From assembly GCA_037447435.1 (NCBI GenBank), contig JBBIGR010000012.1, positions 1 through 64,000 of the forward strand: DNA of 64,000 nucleotides. The letters run 5' to 3'. Below are positions 40,830-48,806 of the stretch, piece after piece. Within the stretch, counting starts at the first letter, position 1; every line of letters starts with the position of its first letter. Position numbers and translations under genes: made by a program. The notes beneath the pieces are model-generated. The model was not told the origin of the DNA, did not search any database, and worked only from the letters and a program-made list of their open reading frames with translations. Source of the DNA: Fibrobacteria bacterium (GTDB lineage Bacteria; Fibrobacterota; Chitinivibrionia; Chitinivibrionales; FEN-1185).

Positions 40830-41106
40830 AGTCACCTCGCTCGGATCAATTTGTGTTTCATGTAAAAAACGATATTCACACAAAAATATATCCCGATACG
40901 CCCAATTACATAAAAACCCATGTTTAACTTTTTTTAAAATACTGTTAAAAGTGTGATGATAATCACAACCTGAAATTTAACAGTATTATATATTTTGTTC
41001 ATGCCCATTGGAACTACATTGCGGGAAAAAGTTTTTTTCAATGAAGCATACGCACTTTTTTTGCGATAACTACCGATATGGTTAATAAAAATCAAGGAGG
41101 CCGTTG

Positions 41107-43278
41107 ATGCCGCCCAAAAAAGCCAATCAGGCGCAGTTTTATTTTTTCTCGGGGACGCTGAGTCATGACACCTTTGAAGTTATGAATTTTTCAGGTACGG
41201 ATAGAATATCAAGCACCTATAAATTCAGCCTTATGCTCATATCCCATCGCGCCGATATTTCACCCGATGACGTCGTCAACAAGGCAGGGACTTTGATGAT
41301 TTTTAGGGACGGCGAATATTATCCCTATTCGGGTATAGTTTCGGAATTTAGGTTTCTTGGAAAAAGCCTGGACCGCGCGACCTATTGCCTCACTCTTGTC
41401 CCGAAGCTTTGGTTGCTTAATCTGAATATACAGACAAGGATTTTCCAGAAAAAAAAGGTTAATCAGATCATAAAGCTCGTGCTCGACGGCGCAAACTTGT
41501 CCGATTATTACAGGTTCCAAATTGACGAAAGCAAATACGCTGAACAGGAATACGTCGTTCAATATCAGGAATCCGATTTTAACTTCATATCCCGGCTCAT
41601 GGAAGCAAACGGTATTTGGTACTTTTTTAACGAAAATCCGATTTTGGCCGAAGAACTCGACGGATCGACCGGCGTGGAACAAATGGTCATATCCGACAAG
41701 GCCTCGTCTTTTGAATTTATTGCAACGACCTCCGATGTTTTATTCCGCACGGTTTCGGGCATGGCGGAACAAATTGATACCGATGAAAAAGAGTCGATTC
41801 ATGACATTGAACTGTTCCGTCAGGTTATCTCAAAAGAAGTCCTTTTAAAGGATTATAACTACCGCACTCCGGAAATCGATCTGCGTGGTCGTAAACCGGT
41901 TAAAACCGGCGATGTCGGTACCGTGTACAGCTATGGCGAACATTTCAAAAACACTACGGAGGCCGACCGGCTTGCCGAAGTATCGGCAAACCGAATTTCG
42001 ACCCAGAAGATATCCATAGACGGAAGCGGCAATTGCCGCGGTCTTCGTGCCGGGAAACGATTTACCCTTCAGGAACATTTTCTGGATACGATGAACGGCA
42101 AATACGTTGTTACTCAAGTGACGCATCAAGGCAGTCATACAATGGAAGGCGACAGCATGAACGTCTACACCTATGCCAATAGGTTTAATTGCATTCCTGC
42201 CGCGTCTGCCGATTCATACAGACCCTTACAGCGGACGCCGGTTCCGCGTGTCCACGGAATCATGACTGCTCAAATCGAAGCAAACGGATCGAATTATGCC
42301 GCACTCGACGACATGGGCAGGTATAAGGTTCGTATGCCTTTTGATTTGTCGAATGCGAAAAATTATGAGGCCTCCCGTTATATCCGGCTGGCGCAGCCCT
42401 ATGCGGGCTCGAATTACGGCATGCATTTTCCTTCACATGAAGGCACGGAAATGGTTTGGGCGTGCATAGACGGCAACCCCGACCGCCCGCTCGGTTTGGC
42501 AACGGTGCCAAATGCGAATACCATTTCTCCTGTTGTCAGTGCAAACAAACAGCAAAATCTTATTCGAACCGCGGGAGGAAACGAGCTTTTGCTCGATGAT
42601 ACCGATGCCAAGCAAAAAGCGAGGCTCACGACAAAATCTAAGCATACGCTCGAAATGGACGATGATCTTAAACGGGTTTTTGTCTCGTCCAAAGACCAGA
42701 ACAAGCTTTTGCTCGATGATAAAAACGAAGTCGTGTCCTGGAACGGCAAAAGCCATTCCATAACCATGACGTATAAGAGCGGCAGCGAAAGTATCGTCAT
42801 TACGACAAAAGACGGCCATATCGTGAAAATGGACGACAAAAACAAAAAATTGACAATACAGACAAAGGCCGGCAACATCATCGACATGGACGATTCGGGC
42901 AAAAAAATTGCCATGGCCGATTCCGCGGGCAAAAACAAGGTTACTTTGGACGGCGACGGCAATAAAATCCTTATAGACTCCCAAGGTGAAATACAGATCA
43001 GCGCAGCAAAGGATTTAACGATAAAAGCCGCGAACATCAAAATGACCTCGCAAGGCAAAATCGACATGCAGGCTTCTGGTGATTTCACGGTCAAAGGTAT
43101 GAAGGTTTCCCAAAAAGCGGACATGGATTTCGAGGCTAAAGGCATGAATGTTAAAGTGGAAGCTGATATGAATATGACTATCAAGGGCGGCATGCAGACA
43201 AAAGTCGGCGGCATGATGACCGAACTTTCGGGTGATACAATGGCAAAGGTTAAAGGCGCGATCGTCATGATAAATTGA
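41107..43278 (+). CDS. vgrG: Type VI secretion spike protein VgrG/TssI (orphan)
   Basis: LVPKLWLL..RIFQ, VQYQESDFNFISRLME.NGIWYFF, DYNYRTP, DDMGRYKV, RLAQPYAG..YGMHFP, GNPDRP; C-terminal beta-helix ending VKGAIVMIN; RBS AGGAGG. Confidence 0.93.
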   Translation: MPPKKANQAQFYFFSGTLSHDTFEVMNFSGTDRISSTYKFSLMLISHRADISPDDVVNKAGTLMIFRDGEYYPYSGIVSEFRFLGKSLDRATYCLTLVPKLWLLNLNIQTRIFQKKKVNQIIKLVLDGANLSDYYRFQIDESKYAEQEYVVQYQESDFNFISRLMEANGIWYFFNENPILAEELDGSTGVEQMVISDKASSFEFIATTSDVLFRTVSGMAEQIDTDEKESIHDIELFRQVISKEVLLKDYNYRTPEIDLRGRKPVKTGDVGTVYSYGEHFKNTTEADRLAEVSANRISTQKISIDGSGNCRGLRAGKRFTLQEHFLDTMNGKYVVTQVTHQGSHTMEGDSMNVYTYANRFNCIPAASADSYRPLQRTPVPRVHGIMTAQIEANGSNYAALDDMGRYKVRMPFDLSNAKNYEASRYIRLAQPYAGSNYGMHFPSHEGTEMVWACIDGNPDRPLGLATVPNANTISPVVSANKQQNLIRTAGGNELLLDDTDAKQKARLTTKSKHTLEMDDDLKRVFVSSKDQNKLLLDDKNEVVSWNGKSHSITMTYKSGSESIVITTKDGHIVKMDDKNKKLTIQTKAGNIIDMDDSGKKIAMADSAGKNKVTLDGDGNKILIDSQGEIQISAAKDLTIKAANIKMTSQGKIDMQASGDFTVKGMKVSQKADMDFEAKGMNVKVEADMNMTIKGGMQTKVGGMMTELSGDTMAKVKGAIVMIN

Positions 43279-43431
43279 TCGCTCTTTCCAATCGTCTTTC
43301 GCAAAATCCATATTATAGGCATCCTGCTTTAATCGGCACGATGCCTTTAGTAATTTTATAGGTCATATCTGAGACGTGTAGATATGATCTCAGCTTAATC
43401 TATCCGGATCGGCATATTTAAGGAGCAATCT

Positions 43432-44472
43432 ATGAACCAAAGTCGTTGTTTTTGCACAAAGTCGTTCTTGCTTTTTTCCCTTTCTGCAATTTTATTTTCT
43501 TCGAAAGCAACGGTATTCATTGCCACCGACACAATTTCCCTCAAAGGTAAACAGGTCATTGTCCGGGCTTCGTCGGAGCTAAAATCCTTAAAAAACGATC
43601 CGGTGACGAATAGTTTAAAGAACCTTTACGACAACGATTCCACGACGCGTTGGATAGAAGGCAGCCAACTCACCGGTGCGGGCGAATGGCTTGATATTAA
43701 ATACCCTTCTAAAAGTAAATTCAGGGGAATGATTTTCGGGCTCGGATGCAGGAAAGATTTTATGTGTATGGAGGATTATAGCATACCTTTGACCATCAAG
43801 GTAAAAATAGATGACAAACCGACCTTCGATTATTCCATCGATTGGGACACAAAAGACGACGCTCGTAACAGCATTACGCGCCAGGAAGTTAATATGCGTA
43901 AAGCAATGTTCTGGTTCAATACCGACACCGCATTTACAACCGCGTCAATACAAGTAAAATTCGAAACAGTGCAAAACGGGCAGCGATACCAGAAACTTGC
44001 AATGTCGGACCTTGAACCGATCGATGCCGACAACACTCAATTCGATTTGTTAAACATCCTGAAAAACATCACCATTAACCCAAACGACATGGGTACGGTC
44101 AATTCGCCCGTAATTATGTTGGGCCAGGATTCGCCAGCCCGTATCAAGCAATGTCTTGATAGCGTTTATAGCGACCAGGGTTCTTCGTGGAAAAACGATT
44201 CAGCCAAAATCGATTTCGGCCTAAACGTTGGAATGCATGCTATTACCGATCCGGCAGAACTTACCGCCCTTATCGGTGTTTTAAAGCAGTTATTCTTAAG
44301 AGACAATAAACTTATCCGATTCAGGACTGTTGGCCGTACAATGACCTATATGATGAAGATCGGCCCAGTATCAATCGGCGACAATACGTGGGACATTTGG
44401 CGTTATATCAGCACTACTACGTCATCAAAGGGCATTGAACTGTCCATAAAATATGTTCCGTTTAAAAATTAG
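43432..44472 (+). CDS. Secreted protein with a discoidin/galactose-binding-like N-terminal domain
   Basis: Signal peptide; ASSEL..NLYDNDSTTRWIEG..G.GEWL motif. Confidence 0.65.
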   Translation: MNQSRCFCTKSFLLFSLSAILFSSKATVFIATDTISLKGKQVIVRASSELKSLKNDPVTNSLKNLYDNDSTTRWIEGSQLTGAGEWLDIKYPSKSKFRGMIFGLGCRKDFMCMEDYSIPLTIKVKIDDKPTFDYSIDWDTKDDARNSITRQEVNMRKAMFWFNTDTAFTTASIQVKFETVQNGQRYQKLAMSDLEPIDADNTQFDLLNILKNITINPNDMGTVNSPVIMLGQDSPARIKQCLDSVYSDQGSSWKNDSAKIDFGLNVGMHAITDPAELTALIGVLKQLFLRDNKLIRFRTVGRTMTYMMKIGPVSIGDNTWDIWRYISTTTSSKGIELSIKYVPFKN

Positions 44473-44520
44473 TTTTACCTGACAATATTCGTTCTCGATT
44501 TGAATGAATCCTGCGATTTA

Positions 44521-44676
44521 AGCTTTTCCGGGGGGCAACGCTTGCCGATTTATCGGTCAGAGCGTTTTTAGCCATTCCAGGATTTTTATTAGCAAGCATA
44601 CACAATTCGCGCAATGATATCTTGGTATCGCAAGGAAAGGTTGCCTTACTAGGAGAAGCTGGAACCCTTCGGGTTC
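44521..44676. ncRNA. Candidate structured RNA or element, family unassigned
   Basis: Nested stems 44521-29/44652-60 and 44532-39/44640-47, an internal hairpin, and terminal GAACCC-TTC-GGGTTC; GC-richer than the adjacent AT-rich DNA. Confidence 0.35.
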
Positions 44677-44918
44677 TTGCTGGGAATAAATCATATTTTG
44701 TATTTTATTTGACTTCGGTTGAAAATTTAAGAATATATAAAATTACAATGTCATAATCTATTTTATTTATAAAACATAACTTAACTAATAAAATCAAAGC
44801 ATTAAACAGTATAAAAAATTTTATAAACATATTTTAGAAAACAATATGACACATTTATAGAAAAAATCGTTATATTTAGGATTATAGTTCTTCAATTTTT
44901 TAAAGGAGCAAAATTTCC

Positions 44919-46031
44919 ATGAAAAAGTATTATTTGCTTTTTGTAGGCATTGTAATATTCACAACTACTTTAAGCGCTCAAACCGCTTCAACATGGCCTC
45001 ACAATAACGGCAAATATGGGAAAGGAACAAGGTTTATTAGTGTTTTTAATGAAATGACAAAAAATATTACTGTTTATTTTAGGTCCACAAGTGATAATCC
45101 GACGTTGGTGAAATGCTCTATATTGCCGTCGAAAGATACAATAGTCCAACTTCCAAATTCCTGGTCTTCTGGCCAAATATATGCAACGTATGATACGTCA
45201 TACCAGAAACCCTATGTCTCGTTAGGTGAATGGACTCTCGGAGCCTCTGGCGCCGGTTATGCGGATTTTTACGATGTTTCTTTTGTTGACGCGTTCAGCT
45301 TGCCTATGCTTATGGGGCCGGTAGTCGGAACATATACAAAAAGAAGACCGGCCGCTCCGGATAGTATGTATGACTGCGGAGCAGTTCGATGTACAACAGA
45401 CTTGATTCCTATTTGTCCGCTCCTACAACAAAAGAAAAATGCGGCCGGAGTTTGCATAGCTTGCCTGTCGGGTTGTCAGACTGCGCATCAAAATAACTGG
45501 CCACAAGCACGGATAGATTCCTTTTGTTGTTCCGGCCATGACAGTATTCCGGCAACTTGTCCTGCTTATACCATTTCCAATTGGTTTAAACAACTAAACT
45601 CCGACGGCTATAGTTATGCGTATGATGATCTGAAAAGCACCTTTGTTTGTGTGCCGCCAACAGCCGACCATTATGGCCCCGATTATTATGTCATATTCGG
45701 AACCTCCTATCCGCCATCCGTCCAAGACCCTCGGAAAATCGGAACATCCGTTTTATCAAATACCACAACAAATATGAGAATGAAGGGGTTGACCTTTTAT
45801 GTAGACCGTCATAATATCTTGCAATACAACATTGCTTCCGAGCAGTTCTCCCAAATGTCGCTTTCAATTTACTCATGCAACGGCATGCTTGTATCAAAAC
45901 AATCGTTGAATTGCGCTAAGGGAAAAATCTCTATGGCAAGCTTGCCCCCCGGGGCGTATGTCCTCAATATTAATTCCGCTCGGATTTCGGCTTCTCAAAG
46001 TGTTTTCGTAACCAAAAACGAAGGCAATTAA
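44919..46031 (+). CDS. Secreted thaumatin/PR-5-like protein with C-terminal sorting-like domain
   Basis: Thaumatin motifs SLGEWTL, DFYDVSFVDAFSLPM, C..DL...CP, CLSGC, CC, FK....GYSYAYDD..STFVC; signal peptide; C-terminal LSIYSCNGMLV..LPPGAYVL. Confidence 0.88.
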   Translation: MKKYYLLFVGIVIFTTTLSAQTASTWPHNNGKYGKGTRFISVFNEMTKNITVYFRSTSDNPTLVKCSILPSKDTIVQLPNSWSSGQIYATYDTSYQKPYVSLGEWTLGASGAGYADFYDVSFVDAFSLPMLMGPVVGTYTKRRPAAPDSMYDCGAVRCTTDLIPICPLLQQKKNAAGVCIACLSGCQTAHQNNWPQARIDSFCCSGHDSIPATCPAYTISNWFKQLNSDGYSYAYDDLKSTFVCVPPTADHYGPDYYVIFGTSYPPSVQDPRKIGTSVLSNTTTNMRMKGLTFYVDRHNILQYNIASEQFSQMSLSIYSCNGMLVSKQSLNCAKGKISMASLPPGAYVLNINSARISASQSVFVTKNEGN

Positions 46032-46044
46032 AAATCGTTTGCGA

Positions 46045-46066
46045 GGGGCACAAAATTTTGTGCCCC
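46045..46066. terminator. Hairpin between the convergent thaumatin and spermidine synthase genes
   Basis: GGGGCACAAAATTTTGTGCCCC palindrome. Confidence 0.6.
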
Positions 46067-46072
46067 CCCCCT

Positions 46073-48052
46073 TTACGGCACGGTTGTTGTCGCAAGATAC
46101 GACATCAATTTGTTGTATTCAAACATCAAATGCCCCAGCATATATTTGGTATGTCCATCGTTTGAATTGACCGTCAATGCCTTTTCATATTGTGAAATTG
46201 CATTTTCGATTATCGTCTTGCTTGCATACAGATTTTGCAAAGTTTCCCCATATGATTTGTCGAAATTCTGCTTCATACGCAGCATATATTCTTCGAATTC
46301 CATATTTTGCGCATTCATACTGTATCCCATCGATTCGAAATCGGTATCTATGGTCTGCTTGACGGCAACGACATTGCCCGAATCCAAATCAAACAATTGG
46401 GGAAAAATATTTTTCCGGAACTTTGCAATTGAGATAAGGCCGACACACGGTTCATTATGCGAATCGATTTTCGAAAACAGTATTTCGGGCTTATCGTCCG
46501 TGCTGATCGGCACAGTACCGGCATATTCAACAATGCCGTCCTGATCCGTGACAAAGGAATTGAACACATCATATACAGATGTGATATTGACCTGACCAAG
46601 GTCCTCTTTGATTTGATTGTCCTGAAGCAGTTTCTGCGCCTTAGTAAAATCTATGCGCAGAGGCATTTTGCTCCCGAGAAGCACGGTATGTCCGGTATTC
46701 TTGCGCCCTCCCGAATAATATACCGCGGCATACGGAAATGCCTCATGAAACGTTTTAAGCAATACCTTATAATCCCGTTCGACAATTCCATGGAGCGGTA
46801 TCCATTGACACATAATTCCTTTATCCGTAAGCTTACTTTTGCACAGTTTGTAAAACTCCTCCGTATAGAGCACCCAACTATCGCCGCTTGTTGGATGCGT
46901 GGCATCGGCACTGATTAAATCATATCGTTTTTTTGTCGTGAAAACAAAATTCCTGCCGTCGTTGACAATGAAGTGTATCTTTGGATTATTAAGAACGTCG
47001 TGGTTATCGTAATTGAAATATTTGGCAGCCTCAAAAGCCTTGTCGCAAATCTCGACGCAATCGACCTGTTCGATTCCGGGCGAAGTCGTTATTGCACCTG
47101 CCACGATCCCGCTGCCAAAGGTAACGACGAGTGCATTGTGCGCATCGGGCATATAAAGAATAGGCAAAATACCGAGAAAGCGAAAAGCGCGCATGCTGAA
47201 ATAATCGGTGCTTACTTCGCCTATCCCGTCTATCAACATATATCTTTGTAAATTTTGCCTTGCATTTTGGAATACCGTGGTTGTTCCATTTATCGCTTCC
47301 TTGCAATACAGCATGTCGTTTTCCGGAGCCGGATATTTGGCGCGATAAATATTTACAAAAGAATTTTGCGGAATTATCCAGAGCACAAAACCGACGGAAA
47401 GAAAAGCAACTGTTGATAAAAGGATTTTTAACCGACGTTCAATTGTCGATCCGATACACACACATACCAAACCGATAATCGCATTCACGAGGGAAATTGC
47501 AAAAATGCTGTTCTGGACACCCACAAACGGGATAAGAATAAACCCCCCTGCAAAAGATCCGAATGCGCCGCCCAAAGTATTAAACGCAAACACATTTCCT
47601 ATCGATTTCCCTATTGCGTTGGATTGTACCGAATAGATCTTGGTGAAAACGGGAAATGCCCCTCCTGCCAATAGCGTGGGTATTAGCATGACTATAGAGA
47701 AAACTAAAAACCGTATAAAGATTTCCTGTCCCCAATTTGTTCCGAGCACCCTATTGAGCTCTATAATCAAATTATTCGATTGAAAAATGAGAGGGATTGA
47801 AATCAAACTGAAAATCCCTATGCCGATTTCCATGAGGCCCAGAAGAAAGTAGGAATCTTTTTTTGAATCTATGATTCGCGAAAAAAACACGCTGCCGGCT
47901 GTAAGACCGAATAAAAACGTGGTGAGCATAATACCGAAGGAATAAATACTTGTATCGACAAAATATTTCAGAATCCTGAACCATAATACTTCATACGACA
48001 TTGTGCAAAACCCGGCAAAAGCGGCGATTATCAATAAAAAAGAAGCCTTCAT
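46073..48052 (-). CDS. Fused membrane (MFS-like)/spermidine synthase-like protein
   Basis: YEVLWFR, GGAFP, NTLGG TM block followed by SAM-fold motifs LVVTFGSG, VDCVEI, NDGRNF, YDLISAD, GIMCQWIP. Confidence 0.88.
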   Translation of the reverse strand: MKASFLLIIAAFAGFCTMSYEVLWFRILKYFVDTSIYSFGIMLTTFLFGLTAGSVFFSRIIDSKKDSYFLLGLMEIGIGIFSLISIPLIFQSNNLIIELNRVLGTNWGQEIFIRFLVFSIVMLIPTLLAGGAFPVFTKIYSVQSNAIGKSIGNVFAFNTLGGAFGSFAGGFILIPFVGVQNSIFAISLVNAIIGLVCVCIGSTIERRLKILLSTVAFLSVGFVLWIIPQNSFVNIYRAKYPAPENDMLYCKEAINGTTTVFQNARQNLQRYMLIDGIGEVSTDYFSMRAFRFLGILPILYMPDAHNALVVTFGSGIVAGAITTSPGIEQVDCVEICDKAFEAAKYFNYDNHDVLNNPKIHFIVNDGRNFVFTTKKRYDLISADATHPTSGDSWVLYTEEFYKLCKSKLTDKGIMCQWIPLHGIVERDYKVLLKTFHEAFPYAAVYYSGGRKNTGHTVLLGSKMPLRIDFTKAQKLLQDNQIKEDLGQVNITSVYDVFNSFVTDQDGIVEYAGTVPISTDDKPEILFSKIDSHNEPCVGLISIAKFRKNIFPQLFDLDSGNVVAVKQTIDTDFESMGYSMNAQNMEFEEYMLRMKQNFDKSYGETLQNLYASKTIIENAISQYEKALTVNSNDGHTKYMLGHLMFEYNKLMSYLATTTVP

Positions 48053-48696
48053 AACCGGGCATCCTCAGGCTTCGAAGCGTTGATATTTACAAAAGCAACA
48101 ACGCCGATGATCAAATCGATTCCCGCCGCGCCTATCATCGTGCCTTTCATTCCCGCGAACCTTAAGAAAAAAAAGACGGTCCCCATGCACCCGATAACAC
48201 TTCCCAAGGTATTTACGGCATAGAGCACGCCTATTTCCTTGCCCGCAGTTTCTTTACTCGTAACAGCTATTTTCCCCACAAGAGGGAATGTAGCGCCCAT
48301 AAGTGTGGTTGGAACTATTAAAAAAAGCAAGCAGAGGAAAAACAATGCGATCCTGAGTGAATAAAAACCGGGATTCAAAACCGTATTGACTGCATGGTAA
48401 AAATCCATGAAACCTGGGAAGGCAAATACTAAAATGATGGTCGAAACGGATATTCCTACATGAACGAATGAAAATGTCGGCATTGCGTTTTGAAGTCTAT
48501 CGGCAACACGGCCGAAAATAATTCCTCCCAATGCCAATCCGAGCATGAAGGAAACCAACACAGTGCTTATGCTAAAAACCGTTACGCCAAAAACCAGATT
48601 AAGCATTCTTGACCACACAATTTCGTAGATAAGATTGCAGAATCCGGATAAAAAGAACAAGAGGAGAATTGTGTTGATTTTGGGTTTTATTCGCAT
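48049..48696 (-). CDS. Stand-alone membrane repeat of the fused MFS/spermidine synthase family
   Basis: FFLSGFCNLIYEIVWSRML.LVFG.T, FMLGLALG, PTTLMGATFP, LYAVNTLG; ATG at 48696. Confidence 0.85.
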   Translation of the reverse strand: MRIKPKINTILLLFFLSGFCNLIYEIVWSRMLNLVFGVTVFSISTVLVSFMLGLALGGIIFGRVADRLQNAMPTFSFVHVGISVSTIILVFAFPGFMDFYHAVNTVLNPGFYSLRIALFFLCLLFLIVPTTLMGATFPLVGKIAVTSKETAGKEIGVLYAVNTLGSVIGCMGTVFFFLRFAGMKGTMIGAAGIDLIIGVVAFVNINASKPEDARL

Positions 48697-48744
48697 GGCA
48701 TTTTTGAACTTAAGGAAAAATCGGAAGCGATTATTGAAACTAAA

Positions 48745-48790
48745 AATACTTTCAGGGTCTTTGCACAATGTCAAAGACCCTGAAAGTATT
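48745..48790 (-). terminator. Long inverted repeat after GH2
   Basis: AATACTTTCAGGGTCTTTG...CAAAGACCCTGAAAGTATT 19-bp stem. Confidence 0.7.
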
Positions 48791-48806
48791 ACACTGTTCC
48801 TGGTTT

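Noticed and set aside
41007..41021. Possible sigma54 promoter upstream of vgrG (TGGAACTACATTGC)
   Set aside because: GG-to-GC spacing is 9 nt rather than the required 10
42414..43322. 302-aa antisense ORF within vgrG
   Set aside because: Shadow frame of the repetitive vgrG beta-helix
44500..44690. SRP RNA, c-di-AMP, lysine or cobalamin riboswitch identity for the structured element
   Set aside because: Only fragmentary resemblance; the diagnostic cores (for example the SRP GNRA loop or the ydaO GCUAAC) are absent
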